64,000 nt of DNA from Spirochaetia bacterium (GTDB lineage Bacteria; Spirochaetota; Spirochaetia; SZUA-6; Bin103), in assembly GCA_965199955.1 (NCBI GenBank), contig CBDATQ010000001.1, forward strand, positions 2,144,001-2,208,000. The letters run 5' to 3'. The notes beneath the pieces were generated by a model. It was not told the DNA's origin. It made no database searches and saw nothing but the letters and a program-made list of their open reading frames with translations. Shown here one piece after another: positions 8,764 to 19,952 of the stretch (position 1 is the stretch's first letter; every line of letters starts with the position of its first letter). Position numbers and translations under genes: made by a program.

Positions 8764-9837
8764 ATGCTGAAGATCCCCGATTCCGGCGCGCTCGACTTCC
8801 TGGCGGTCGGAGCACTGGTCCACCGCCTGGATCCCGGCGTCATCCCGTTCCCGCACGCGTCGGAGCTTTCCATCCACGTCTCCGGCGGGGAGTACAACTG
8901 TGCCGCCAACCTCGCATCCTGCTTCGGGATGCGCACCGGCGTCGCCGCAGCGATGGTGTCGTATCCGATCGGGGACCTGATCGACCGCTCGGTGCGCGCC
9001 ATGGGCGTGCGGCCGTTCTACAAGCGCTTCGCGCACGACGGCGTGCGCGGTCCGAACATGGCGACCGTGTACAGCGACCGCGGCGCCGGCGTGCGCGCGC
9101 CGGAGGTCTTCTACAACCGCGCGAACGAGGCGGCCGCCCGCCTGCAGCCCGGCGACTTCGCTTGGTCCGGCATCATGCGGGACGGGGTCCGCTGGATGCA
9201 CTCCGGCGGCATCTTCGCGGCGCTTTCGGATACGACCCCGCAGGTGATCATCGAGGCGATGCAGGCCGCGAAGGCTGCCGGGGCAGTGGTTTCCTTCGAC
9301 CTGAACTACCGCGGCAAGCTGTGGCAGGTCGCCGGCGGCGCGGACACCGCGCATGCCACGCTGCGAGAGATCGTCAGCAATGTCGACGTGCTGGTCGGCA
9401 ATGAGGAGGACCTTCAGGAAGGGCTCGGCATCGCGGGGCCGGAGGCCACCGGCGCGTCCAAGCTGGACCCGCGCGCGTTCCTGCAGATGATCGATCGCGT
9501 CACCGCGGAGCTCCCGAACATCTCCGTGGTGGCCACCACGCTGCGCGAAGTGCACTCCGCCAACCGACACGACTGGAGCGCGGTGGCCTGGGTGGAGGGC
9601 GAGACGGTCACTGCCCCGACATGCCAGCTCGATGTCTATGACCGGGTCGGCGGGGGAGACGGCTTTGCCGCCGGGTTTTTCTACGGGCTCATGAGCGGCG
9701 CGTCCCCGGATGAGGCCCTGCGGCTGGGCTGGGCGCACGGCGCGCTGCTGACGACGTTCCCCGGCGACACGACCATGGCGACGCTCGACCAGGTGCGCAC
9801 CCTGGCCGGCGGCAGCTCGGCGCGCATCGTCCGCTGA
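8764..9837 (+). CDS. kdgK: PfkB family sugar kinase, 2-keto-3-deoxygluconate kinase-like
   Basis: GGEYN, FDLNYRGKLW, GNEED, DRVGGGDGFAAG; SD AAGGAG upstream. Confidence 0.8.
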   Translation: MLKIPDSGALDFLAVGALVHRLDPGVIPFPHASELSIHVSGGEYNCAANLASCFGMRTGVAAAMVSYPIGDLIDRSVRAMGVRPFYKRFAHDGVRGPNMATVYSDRGAGVRAPEVFYNRANEAAARLQPGDFAWSGIMRDGVRWMHSGGIFAALSDTTPQVIIEAMQAAKAAGAVVSFDLNYRGKLWQVAGGADTAHATLREIVSNVDVLVGNEEDLQEGLGIAGPEATGASKLDPRAFLQMIDRVTAELPNISVVATTLREVHSANRHDWSAVAWVEGETVTAPTCQLDVYDRVGGGDGFAAGFFYGLMSGASPDEALRLGWAHGALLTTFPGDTTMATLDQVRTLAGGSSARIVR

Positions 9838-9848
9838 GGCGGCACGCG

Positions 9849-11180
9849 ATGGGCTCGGCGCAACGCGGCCCGGCATCGGGGCTGCAGGCAGGCATCGGCG
9901 CTACGGACATCACTCCCACCGGGCCGATCCGCATGGCCGGCTGGGCCAGTCGCGATCGTGCCTCGGAGGGGGTGAGCCATCCGATCTACGCCAAGGCGTT
10001 GGCGCTGCGCGACGCCGCCGGCCACACCGGCGTCTGGATCACGGCGGACATCCTGGGCTACAGCCGTACCATGGCGGACACGCTGGAGCGGCGGTTTCAG
10101 GAACGCTACGGCCTGTCTCAGGACCAGGTCATCCTGGGCAGCTCGCACAACCACAGCGGGCCGATGGTCGGCGACCTGCTGCACCTGTACTTCGACCTGC
10201 AGCCGGAGGAGGAGGCGACCGTCGCGCGTTACACCGAGCAGCTCCTGGAGCGCATCGTCGGCGTGGTCGGCCAAGCACTGGCGGCCCTGGCGCCGGCCGA
10301 GCTCAGCATGGGCTTCGGGCTCGCCGGATTCGGGGTCAACCGCCGCCGCGCCCGCGGCGCCGACACGCTGCATCGCCCGCAGGCAGTCGACCACGACGTC
10401 CCCGTGCTGGCGGTGCGGGGGCCGGACGGTGCGCTGCGCGGCATCGTGTTCGGTTACGCCTGCCACACCACGGCCGTGTACGACTACCGGATCAACGGCG
10501 ACTACGCCGGCTACGCGCAGAGCTCCCTGGAAGCCGCCTGTCCGGGCGCCACGGCGATGTTCGCGGCCGGGTGCGGCGGCGACATCAATCCGCTGCCGCG
10601 CTGGCGGGAGGGGCTGGGGGCGGGCTGCGGCGCAATTCTGAGCGCCGCGGTGCAGGACGTGCTGGAGGGCCGATACGGCGCCATGACGCCCGTCACCGGT
10701 CCGCTTGCCACCGGCGCTGACGACCCACTGCTGTCGCTGCAGGATCCTCCGGGCCGCCAAGCCTTGCAGGATTCGTTGCAGGCCTTGGGGCCGGACGGAT
10801 CGGATGTGGAGCGGCGCGCCATCCGGCATCAACTCGGCCTGCTGGAGCGGGACGGGTCGTTGCGGGATCACTGCCCGTATCCCATCCGTGCCTGGCGATT
10901 CGGCTCAGGACAACTCGTGATCGCCCTGGCCGGCGAGCCGGTGGTGGACTATTCGCTGCGCTTCCGTGCCGCGTACGACTGGAACCGCACTTGGGTGGCC
11001 GGCTACAACCACGTATTGCTCGCCTACATCCCGTCGGGGCGGGTCCTGGCCGAGGGCGACTACGAGGGCACGACCGGCATGCTGGAGTACGGCCTGCCGG
11101 GACCCTTCGCGGGGTGGGTGGAATCGGCCATCGCCCGCTCGGTGGACCTGCTGGTGACGCGATTGTCCACCGAAACGTAA
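9849..11180 (+). CDS. Neutral/alkaline ceramidase N-terminal domain family hydrolase
   Basis: DITP…MAGWASR, SSHNHSGP, NRR, YACHTT, GDYAG, GCGGDINP, GEPVVDY, YIPS…YE. Confidence 0.85.
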   Translation: MGSAQRGPASGLQAGIGATDITPTGPIRMAGWASRDRASEGVSHPIYAKALALRDAAGHTGVWITADILGYSRTMADTLERRFQERYGLSQDQVILGSSHNHSGPMVGDLLHLYFDLQPEEEATVARYTEQLLERIVGVVGQALAALAPAELSMGFGLAGFGVNRRRARGADTLHRPQAVDHDVPVLAVRGPDGALRGIVFGYACHTTAVYDYRINGDYAGYAQSSLEAACPGATAMFAAGCGGDINPLPRWREGLGAGCGAILSAAVQDVLEGRYGAMTPVTGPLATGADDPLLSLQDPPGRQALQDSLQALGPDGSDVERRAIRHQLGLLERDGSLRDHCPYPIRAWRFGSGQLVIALAGEPVVDYSLRFRAAYDWNRTWVAGYNHVLLAYIPSGRVLAEGDYEGTTGMLEYGLPGPFAGWVESAIARSVDLLVTRLSTET

Positions 11181-11194
11181 GAGACGGTAACGGC

Positions 11195-12085
11195 ATGCGC
11201 GTCCACCTGGAGCGGGTCGTGGTGGTCACGGCCACCCCGCACACGACCTGGACGTTCGCGGTGCTGGGCGACGGCGAAGGCACCGCCACTACGGTCGAAC
11301 CCACCCTGTCCAGCGATCCGTGCAAGGTGATCGACGCCTTGGCCGGCATGGTCGAGGCGCTACGCGGCGTCGATGTGACCGGTGAAGCACGGATCGACGG
11401 ACTGTTGCAACTCACGAGGCAACGGCTCCGGAACGATTCAGTGCTTGCCGCCGGCGCGAGCCTGCACCGCTTCCTCGGCGCGGGGCACACCGACGCCATA
11501 GAACTCTACGCCAACATCAACCGGGGGTTGCGGGCCACGGACCGGACACCCGACGACTTCGAGCGTGCTGCCGGGCACGCCGCGCGAGAAGGCTTCCGCA
11601 CGCTCAAGTGCGCGCCGTTTGACGAGGGTTCCCTGGCGTCGCCCGTGAACCGAATGCTCCGTGAGGCCCTTCCCGGCCTGGCAAGAGTGCGGGCGGTACG
11701 CCGCGCGATCGGCGCCGACGCGCGCCTGCTGGTCGATTGTCACAGCCGCTTCTCGGCGGAGGCGGCGCCCGCCGTCGCGCGCGAGCTCGCGACGCTCGAC
11801 GTGGCTGGTTCGAGGAGCCGGTGCAACCGACATCGGCGTCCGCCGACTTGGCCGCGATCGGGCCGGTCGGCGGTCGGGCGGGGCGGGGGAGTGTCCCTGC
11901 ACAGCCCGTCGGGACCGGTGTCGCTGCTGGCCAGCGCTCACGTCACGGCCGCCGTGGACGGTGCCATGCCGCTGGAGCACGCTGTCCACGAGGTCGGCTG
12001 GCGCGCCGATCTGATCGAGCCGGCCGAGCGGATCGAAGGAGGCCGGCTGTTGCTCCCGTCCACGGCCGCATCTGGAATGCCCTGA
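11195..12085 (+). pseudogene. Mandelate racemase family protein with internal deletions and frameshift
   Basis: LYANINRG, KCAPFD and LVDCHSRF are present. The WFEEP motif lies in a different frame (~11806). The GE/PDVK barrel segment is missing before SLHSPSGPV. Confidence 0.75.
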
Positions 12086-12100
12086 GCGGGTCTTCCCGCC

Positions 12101-13432
12101 CTATCGCCGCTCTTCCGGGATCAGGCCGCGCGGAGCGAACCGCAGCACGAGCAGCAGGACCAGGCCCATGACGACCGGGCGCATGTGGGCAGCGCTGTCC
12201 AGGAGATGGGCCCGCAGCGCGCTCTCCTCTGACAGGGCGGAGGTGGCCAGCTCCATGAGGCGCAGGCCGACCGGCTCGGCCTGGATCCACACGTACCAGA
12301 TCAGGAAGCCGCCGAGCACTGCGCCCCAGTTGTTGCCCGAGCCTCCCACGATCACCATCACCCAGATCAGGAACGTGAAGCGCATCGGCTGGTAGGAGGC
12401 GGGCGTGAACTGGCCGTCGAGCGTGGTCAGCATGGCGCCGGCGATGCCGATCACGGCCGAGCCCAGCACGAAGACCTGCAGGTGGCGGGCGGTGACGTCC
12501 TTGCCCATGGCGCGGGCGGCCGTCTCGTTGTCGCGGATGGCGCGCATCATCCGGCCCCACGGTGAGCGCAGCGCGGTCTCGGAGAGCCACGTCAGTACGA
12601 CCAGGACGAGGAGGAACAGGCCCGCGTAGCACAGCTTGACGACGATCGACGACAGCTCCACGTGCGACATGCCGAGCGTCGATGCCCACTCCTGGAACCA
12701 CGCCGCGTTCTGCAGATCGATCTCGTAGGGGACCGGCCGCGGCAGGCCGTTGACGTTCTTCACGCCGCGCGTCAGCCACTCCTCGTACTTGAGGAAGGCG
12801 ACGATGATCTCCGAGATGCCCAGGGTGGCGATCGCCAGGTAGTCGGAGCGCAGGCTGAGGCTGATCTTGCAGACCCAGGCCGCCCCCGCGGCGAACGCAC
12901 CGCCCACCAGCCAGGACAGGACGATGGGAAGGCCGAGCCCGCCCAGGTAGCCGGTGACGGTGGGCTCCATCGCTTCGATGGCCTCCACCGCCGGCGCGAA
13001 CACCGCGCGGGCCGCCAGGCCGCCGCCGATCAGCAGGCACGCCACCGCCAGCCGCCGGTACAGCGGCGTGCCGAGACGGCGGCGGACAAACAGCACGGCG
13101 ATCACGGTGAGGGCCGCCAGCCCCAGCGCCACCAGCACGCCGGCACCACCGGCGCGCCAGGCGGCGGTCACCGGCGGCATAGACACCAGCACGCCGGCCA
13201 GTCCGCCGAGGGCGGCGAAGCCCATCACGCCGGAGTTGAACAGTCCCGCGTACCCCCACTGGATGTTGACGCCGAGCGTCATGATCGCCGAGATCAGGCA
13301 CAGGTTGAGGATCGCCAGCGCCAGCGGCCAGCTCTGCACCAGCCCCACCAGGCAGACCAGGGCCGCCATGACCGCGAACAGGACGGGCTTGCGGGGGATT
13401 CGCGCCATCCACGGGCCGGCTCGGTCGCTCAC
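12101..13432 (-). CDS. livM: Branched-chain amino acid ABC transporter permease (LivM-like)
   Basis: GVNIQWGYAGLFNSG, LRSDYLAIATLG, SPWGRMMRAIRDNE, IVGGSGNNWGA; GTG start overlaps the livH stop (GTGA). Confidence 0.85.
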   Translation of the reverse strand: MSDRAGPWMARIPRKPVLFAVMAALVCLVGLVQSWPLALAILNLCLISAIMTLGVNIQWGYAGLFNSGVMGFAALGGLAGVLVSMPPVTAAWRAGGAGVLVALGLAALTVIAVLFVRRRLGTPLYRRLAVACLLIGGGLAARAVFAPAVEAIEAMEPTVTGYLGGLGLPIVLSWLVGGAFAAGAAWVCKISLSLRSDYLAIATLGISEIIVAFLKYEEWLTRGVKNVNGLPRPVPYEIDLQNAAWFQEWASTLGMSHVELSSIVVKLCYAGLFLLVLVVLTWLSETALRSPWGRMMRAIRDNETAARAMGKDVTARHLQVFVLGSAVIGIAGAMLTTLDGQFTPASYQPMRFTFLIWVMVIVGGSGNNWGAVLGGFLIWYVWIQAEPVGLRLMELATSALSEESALRAHLLDSAAHMRPVVMGLVLLLVLRFAPRGLIPEERR

Positions 13433-14439
13433 GTCGACTTGCCTCCGAAGATGCCCGTGGGCTTCACGACCAGCACCATGACCAGGATGAAGAACGAGAC
13501 GGCGAACTTGTAGTCGGTGGAGATCAGCTGGACCAGGCCGTCCGGCCGCCAGTCTTCCGGTCCCAGATAGGTCAGGAACTTCCGGTACGGGTAGGTCAGA
13601 AGCACCTCCGAGAACGCCACCACGAAGCCGCCGGTGATGGCGCCGAGCGGGCTGCCCAGGCCGCCGACGATCGCGGCGGCGAAGATCGGCAGCAGCAGCG
13701 ACAGGTAGACGAACGGCTTGAAGCTCTTGTCCAGGCCGTACAGCGTACCCGCCACGGCCGCCAGCGCGCCGACGATGATCCAGGTGACCGCCACCACCCG
13801 TTCCGGGTTGATGCCCGACAGCAGTGCCAGGTCCTCGTTGTCCGAGTAGGCGCGCATCGACTTGCCGGTCCGCGTCCTGAGAAACCAGAACAGCCAGAGC
13901 ACCAGGATGACCGTCACCGCGACGGTGATCGTCTGCGTGGTCTTGATGGCCAGTCCCTCGTGGAGCCCCGTGGCCTCCTTGAACTGGCGGACGCTGACGA
14001 TGAACCGCGTGCCGTCGGTGAACACCTGGTCGTCCGGGCCGATCAGGAAGCGGATGAGCCCGTTGATCACGAACATGACGCCGACGCTGGCGACCAGCAG
14101 AATCACGGGCGCCGCCTTCTTGCGCCGGTAGAAGCGGTAGACCCAGCGATCCGTGAGCAGGCACAGGCCGGCGGCGGCCACGATCCCGGCGGGTAGGGCC
14201 AGCAACGCCGTCGGCAGGGGACCCAGGCCGACCTCTCCGGACTGCAGGAGCCAGGTGACCAGGATGGCGACCATGGCGCCGAACGCCATGGTCTCGCCGT
14301 GCGCGAAGTTGGAGAAGCGCAGCACGCCGTACACCAGCGTGACCCCGAGCGCGCCGAGCGCGAGCTGGCAGCCGTAGGCCGTGGCCGGCACGAGCACGAA
14401 GTTGGCCAGGAGCACGACCGCGTTGACGAGGTCCGTCAC
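13429..14439 (-). CDS. livH: Branched-chain amino acid ABC transporter permease (LivH-like)
   Basis: ALGVTLVYGVLRFSNFAHGE, TRTGKSMRAYSDN, AAIVGGLGSP, KPTGIFG. Confidence 0.9.
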   Translation of the reverse strand: MTDLVNAVVLLANFVLVPATAYGCQLALGALGVTLVYGVLRFSNFAHGETMAFGAMVAILVTWLLQSGEVGLGPLPTALLALPAGIVAAAGLCLLTDRWVYRFYRRKKAAPVILLVASVGVMFVINGLIRFLIGPDDQVFTDGTRFIVSVRQFKEATGLHEGLAIKTTQTITVAVTVILVLWLFWFLRTRTGKSMRAYSDNEDLALLSGINPERVVAVTWIIVGALAAVAGTLYGLDKSFKPFVYLSLLLPIFAAAIVGGLGSPLGAITGGFVVAFSEVLLTYPYRKFLTYLGPEDWRPDGLVQLISTDYKFAVSFFILVMVLVVKPTGIFGGKST

Positions 14440-14442
14440 CGG

Positions 14443-15147
14443 TCAGCCTCCCAGGAAGGAGCGGCGGATCTCCGGGTTCGCCAGCAGCTCCGACCCCGCG
14501 CCGGTGTGGCGGTTGCGGCCCTGCACCAGCACGAATCCCGTGTCGGCCAGCTCCAGGGCCGCTCGGGCGTTCTGCTCGACGATGAGGACGGCGACGCCGC
14601 CTTCTGCGATGTCGACGATGCGCTCGAACAGCTCCTGAGTGACGATCGGCGACACGCCGGCCGTGGGCTCGTCCAGCATCAGCACGCGCGGCCGGTTCAT
14701 CAGCGCGCGGCCGATGGCCACCTGCTGGCGCTGGCCGCCGGACAGCTCACCCGCCGCCTGCCGCCGCTTCTCCCGCAGCACCGGAAACAGGTGATAGACC
14801 TCGTCCATGGTGCCGGCGATGTCGTCATCGCGGATGAACGCCCCCATCTCCAGGTTCTCCTGCACGGTCATCGACCGGAACACGTTCTCGGTCTGCGGCA
14901 CGAAGCCCATGCCCTTGCGCGCCCGCGCCTGCGGCGCCAGCGCGGTGATGTCCTCACCGTCCAGGCGCACGGTGCCGGCGCGCAGGTTCAGCAGGCCGAA
15001 CAGCGCCTTCATGGCCGTCGACTTGCCTGCCCCGTTGGGTCCTACCACGACGGCGATCTCGCCCGCGTCCACGGCGACGGAGCAGCCGCGCAGGATGTCG
15101 GGGCCGCCGTAGCCCCCCGTCAGCGCCTCGCCCGTCAACAGGCTCAT
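14443..15147 (-). CDS. livF: Branched-chain amino acid ABC ATPase (LivF-like)
   Basis: GPNGAGKST, LSGGQRQ, MLDEPTAG, IVEQNA. Confidence 0.9.
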   Translation of the reverse strand: MSLLTGEALTGGYGGPDILRGCSVAVDAGEIAVVVGPNGAGKSTAMKALFGLLNLRAGTVRLDGEDITALAPQARARKGMGFVPQTENVFRSMTVQENLEMGAFIRDDDIAGTMDEVYHLFPVLREKRRQAAGELSGGQRQQVAIGRALMNRPRVLMLDEPTAGVSPIVTQELFERIVDIAEGGVAVLIVEQNARAALELADTGFVLVQGRNRHTGAGSELLANPEIRRSFLGG

Positions 15148-15154
15148 GCCCGAC

Positions 15155-15949
<795 letters not shown>

Positions 15950-15960
15950 CCCGGCGGGCT

Positions 15961-15996
15961 CATGAGCGGGAACGGCTCCGCCGTCTCCCGCTCATG
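15961..15996 (-). terminator. Stem-loop downstream of the liv substrate-binding gene
   Basis: CATGAGCGGG…CCCGCTCATG inverted repeat with inner ACGG/CCGT pairing. Confidence 0.55.
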
Positions 15997-16006
15997 GCTC
16001 TGGTGA

Positions 16007-17179
16007 TCAGCGGAAGCGGACGATTACGAGCTCGCCGTCCTCGACCGCCATCTGCTGGTAGTTGCCGGCGCTCTCGCCCGCTCCGACCAGCTCGACCGCC
16101 GACGCGCCGACGTAGTCGATCTCGCCGCCGGCCTCGAGGATGCCGAGCGCCTTCGCGAGCTCGCCGGGAAAGATCTCCTCGCCGGGCGCGTTGGCGACCG
16201 CCATGACGTGGTCCTTGAAATCGCCGCTGTCGGTCGAGCCCGCCGCCTGCATGGCCAGCAGGATCAGGGCGGCCGCGTCGTATGACTCCTTCACGAACGG
16301 CTGACTGGCCGATTCGAGCATGTCGCCGAGCTTCGCGGCCCCGGGGCTGTCAGTGCCGGGCACCGTCCCGATCGAACCGTTCAGGTCGTCGCCGATCGCC
16401 TCCACCAAGCTGTCGCCGATCATGCCGTCGGGAAGGAAGAACCGGTCGAACGCGCCCGTGTCAAGCGAGGCCTGGATGATGCCCTTGCCGCCCTGATCGA
16501 TGTATCCGGCAACGACCAGGATGTCGCCGCCGGCCGCCGCCAGCGCGGCCACCTCGGCGACGTAGTCGCCCTTGCCGTCCTCGTGCGGCGCGTTGATGGT
16601 GATCGTCCCGCCCCGCTCCTCGAAGTTGGCGGCGATGCTGTCGGCCAGTCCCTTTCCATAGTCGTTGTTGGTGTAGGTCATCGCCGCTTCCTGGATGTCC
16701 ATCTCCTGCAGGATGTCGGCGACCACCTCGCCTTGCCGGGCATCGGAGGGCGCCGTCCGGAAGAAGAGTCCGTCGTCTTCGATCGTCGACAGTGCCGGAG
16801 AGGTAGCCGACGGAGAGATCATCACGATGCCGTTCGGTTTCGCCACCTGTTGGAGCATGGCGATGGTCACGCCCGAGCAGTCGCCGCCGACGATGGCGTT
16901 GACCTGGTCCGCGGTCACCAGCCGCTCGGCCGCCGCGACCGCGGCAGCGGAATCGATGCAGGTCGAATCGCCCCGTACGGAGACGACCTGCAGCCCCCCA
17001 AGCAGTGCGCCGCTGTCGCTGACCTCTTGCATGGCCAGCTCCGCACCATCTGCCATGGACGGCGTCAGCGACTCGATCGGCCCCGTGTAGCCGAGGATCA
17101 CTCCCAGCTTGACGTCCTCTGCGAACGCTGCGCCGAGCGGCAGCAGCATCAGCAACAATCCTGAAAAAACACGTCTCAT
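16007..17179 (-). CDS. ABC transporter substrate-binding protein (LivK/LivJ-like)
   Basis: Signal peptide MRRVFSGLLLMLLPLGAAFA, SPSATSPAL, FFRTAPSD, NNDYGKG; GGAGGT SD upstream. Confidence 0.9.
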   Translation of the reverse strand: MRRVFSGLLLMLLPLGAAFAEDVKLGVILGYTGPIESLTPSMADGAELAMQEVSDSGALLGGLQVVSVRGDSTCIDSAAAVAAAERLVTADQVNAIVGGDCSGVTIAMLQQVAKPNGIVMISPSATSPALSTIEDDGLFFRTAPSDARQGEVVADILQEMDIQEAAMTYTNNDYGKGLADSIAANFEERGGTITINAPHEDGKGDYVAEVAALAAAGGDILVVAGYIDQGGKGIIQASLDTGAFDRFFLPDGMIGDSLVEAIGDDLNGSIGTVPGTDSPGAAKLGDMLESASQPFVKESYDAAALILLAMQAAGSTDSGDFKDHVMAVANAPGEEIFPGELAKALGILEAGGEIDYVGASAVELVGAGESAGNYQQMAVEDGELVIVRFR

Positions 17180-17316
17180 CGAATCACCTCCAAACAAAGC
17201 TGGTGCGAGGGCGGCGTCCACAACTCTTCGGAGGCGAGTATAACACGGGTTCTGGTGCGTCACAACAGGCAGCATGCCTCGCCGGGGGAGGCCGTCCGAC
17301 ACGCTCCCGGCTCGCT

Positions 17317-18105
17317 TCAGTAGCCCAGCCCGCGCAGGTAGTCGCGCGTTTTGCGGCTGCGCCGAGCCTCGGTCAGCGGATCGTCGCCTCTCCGCGGGCA
17401 GGCCGTGACCCAGCGGGGAAAGGCCAACTCGGCCAGCACCGCCAGCACCGCCGGAAAGTCGACCGCCTCCGCCTCTCCCACGTCGCACCACACCGGCTGG
17501 TAGGTGCCGTCCGCATCGCGCGAGCTGGCGCGGTAGTCCTGCAGGTGGACGTAGTTCAGCCGCGGCGCGAACTCCCGGATCGACGCGACCGGATCGACGC
17601 CCCAGAGCTGCGCATGGGAGACGTCGATGCAGAGCTGCGCCCGCTGCAGCATGCTCAGGTAGCGACGCCAGTCGGCCGCGGAGTCCACCAGGGTGTTGGT
17701 GTGGATGTGGTAGCTCAGCTCCACGCCGCACGCTGCCCCATATTCCGCCCACTCGTCGGCCGCCTCGGCCGCGGCCTGCAGGTCGGCGCCGGTCACCGCC
17801 CGGCCGGACGGCTTGCCGCCGGTCATGAACATGAAGCAGTCGGCCTCCACTTCGGCGGCGAACTCCATGCGCCGCCGGTTCAGCTCGCGGTTGCTGAAGC
17901 TCCGGTCCTCGGGGACGCCGCTGGCGGTGAACACGGCAAGCGGCACCCCGGCGTCCGCGCACACGCGCCGCACCCGGGCCGGCGGTCCCAGCCAGTCGAG
18001 CGGCAGCCGGCACTCCCAGCCTTCCCAGCCAGCCTCCGCCAATTCCGCCAGGCAGCGGTCCAGGTCCGGCTCCTGCCAGAATATGGCGCTGTAGCCCAGC
18101 TTCAC
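17317..18105 (-). CDS. Sugar phosphate isomerase/epimerase (TIM barrel, IolE-like)
   Basis: SYHIH, IDVSH, YVHLQD, VGE…VDF. Confidence 0.8.
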   Translation of the reverse strand: MKLGYSAIFWQEPDLDRCLAELAEAGWEGWECRLPLDWLGPPARVRRVCADAGVPLAVFTASGVPEDRSFSNRELNRRRMEFAAEVEADCFMFMTGGKPSGRAVTGADLQAAAEAADEWAEYGAACGVELSYHIHTNTLVDSAADWRRYLSMLQRAQLCIDVSHAQLWGVDPVASIREFAPRLNYVHLQDYRASSRDADGTYQPVWCDVGEAEAVDFPAVLAVLAELAFPRWVTACPRRGDDPLTEARRSRKTRDYLRGLGY

Positions 18106-19892
18106 GACTCTGTCCCGGATCCGGTCGGCCGTAGCACGGCGCCGAACACGGTGACGCCGTCCAGGGTACCGGGGATGATGCGAATCGCGCGCAGCGTGAA
18201 GGTGTGGACGCCGGGTGCGTCGATCGTCAGATGGCCGATCGGCGTCCTGAACTCCGGGAAGTACTGCGAGCGCGGCGTGGCGGCGCGCTCAGTATCGCTC
18301 AGGGTCCCCGGGGCGTTCCGCCCTGCCGTGCGGCCCTCGCCGTGGCTGCCGCCGACCGACACCTCGACGCCGTGCGGGGGCACCTCCTCCGTGTCGTGAA
18401 TGGGCGCCGCGATGACCGACACCGCGAAGGTCCCCGGACGACAGACGCGGACCTGCCACGACAGGACGCTTTCGGTATCCATCCAGCCGGCGGTGAGGCC
18501 GTTGGAGAGGATCTCGAGCGTGGAGTCCGGACCAAGGCTGACGTCGGCCAGGTGGGCGTGCAGGTGGATGTCGCCATCCGGCTGCTGGACGGTCAGCGCG
18601 TCCGCCTTCGCATGGCCGTCGATAGTCAGGGCGACCACCGGCACGTGCTCGGCGGCGCTCAGGTCGGGGAGGGTAAGCGTCAGCCGGTCGACCTCGCCTG
18701 CCTCGGTGCGGTCCTGCGCGACCTCCACCGGCGCATCCAGCCCCAGCACCTCCGCGCCGGTCACGCCGGAGCGCAACCCGTGCACGACCAGCGGAGCCTC
18801 GGGAGGCTGCAGCAGGTGCAGAAACAGCCGGCCGGGCTTGCAGGTCATCCGCAGGCCGTCGTGCTCATACGGGAACGGGCTGCCGGCGGTGCCGTAGATC
18901 GCCTGGCCGTTGACGGCCATCCAGCCGCCGATCTCACGGAGCCGCTCGGCGCTGGGCTCCGGAATCAATCCCTCCGCGGTGGGTCCGACGTTGAGCAGGT
19001 AGTTCACGCCCTTGCTGGCCAGGTCGATCAGCAGCAGGATCAGCGTCGACGCCGATTTCCAGTGGTGGTCGGTGGTCTTGTAGCCCCACGTGTCGTTGAG
19101 GGTGGCCGGCGTCTCGTAGTCGGCGCGCACGCGACCGGCCGGGATCTGGTTGTCGCCCAAGCTGCCGTAGTCGCCCACGTCGTTGCCGATGCGGCCGGAG
19201 ACCAGGCAGTCGGGCTGCAGGCCGTGCACGAGGTCGCGCAGCTCGATCGAGTGCTCGCGGCTGATGGTGTAGGGGGTGTCGAACCAGATCAGCCCGATCG
19301 GCCCGTACTGGGTCAACAGCTCGCGGAGCTGCGGCTTGACCTTGCGCTCCAGGTAGGCACCGAAGTCCTTGCCGCCTTCGTCGAAGTCCCAGTCGTTGCG
19401 CGACCCGTCCGGGTCGTGCCAGTCCTGGTCCTGCGAGTAGTAGAAACCGAGCTTGATGTCGGCCTCGGCACACGCCTCCGCCAGCTCTGCCAGCGGGTCG
19501 CGGCCGAACGGCGTTGCGTCGACGATGTTGTACGGGCAGCACGGCGAGCGGAAGATCGCGAACCCGTCGTGGTGCTTGGAGGTGATGACCAGGTAGCGCA
19601 TCCCGGCCCGCACCGCCAGCTCCACCCACGCGCGGGCGTCGAACCGCACCGGGTCGAATCGCTTGGCGAGCGCCGCGTACGTCTCCCGTGGGATGCGCCT
19701 GCGGAACATGATCCACTCGCCGATGCCCGGAACCTCCTCGCCCTCCCAGACGCCGGCCGGGATGGCGTACAGGCCCCAGTGGATGAACATCCCGAAGCGC
19801 GCCTCGCGCCACCAGGCCAGGCCGGGATGGTCCACCACCGGAGCCGCGTTGCGTCCGCGCATGCGGTCGCGCCAGCTCATCATCTCTGCCAT
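18102..19892 (-). CDS. Alpha-L-fucosidase (GH29) with C-terminal beta-sandwich domains
   Basis: WWREARFGMFIHWG, TSKHHDGF, IWFD nucleophile motif, TWGY, YLLNVGP. Confidence 0.93.
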   Translation of the reverse strand: MAEMMSWRDRMRGRNAAPVVDHPGLAWWREARFGMFIHWGLYAIPAGVWEGEEVPGIGEWIMFRRRIPRETYAALAKRFDPVRFDARAWVELAVRAGMRYLVITSKHHDGFAIFRSPCCPYNIVDATPFGRDPLAELAEACAEADIKLGFYYSQDQDWHDPDGSRNDWDFDEGGKDFGAYLERKVKPQLRELLTQYGPIGLIWFDTPYTISREHSIELRDLVHGLQPDCLVSGRIGNDVGDYGSLGDNQIPAGRVRADYETPATLNDTWGYKTTDHHWKSASTLILLLIDLASKGVNYLLNVGPTAEGLIPEPSAERLREIGGWMAVNGQAIYGTAGSPFPYEHDGLRMTCKPGRLFLHLLQPPEAPLVVHGLRSGVTGAEVLGLDAPVEVAQDRTEAGEVDRLTLTLPDLSAAEHVPVVALTIDGHAKADALTVQQPDGDIHLHAHLADVSLGPDSTLEILSNGLTAGWMDTESVLSWQVRVCRPGTFAVSVIAAPIHDTEEVPPHGVEVSVGGSHGEGRTAGRNAPGTLSDTERAATPRSQYFPEFRTPIGHLTIDAPGVHTFTLRAIRIIPGTLDGVTVFGAVLRPTGSGTES

Positions 19893-19952
19893 GAGTGGGT
19901 GATAGCTGCCCGGCGCCGCCGTTGCAAGCCACTCCGGCGAAAGCAGTGGATA

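Noticed and set aside
18204..19952. Long upstream extensions of ORFs 18204..20756, 16007..18013, 34467..36494 and 12101..14164 suggesting fusion proteins
   Set aside because: Stop-poor shadow frames of real genes in high-GC DNA; the recognisable domains start much later.
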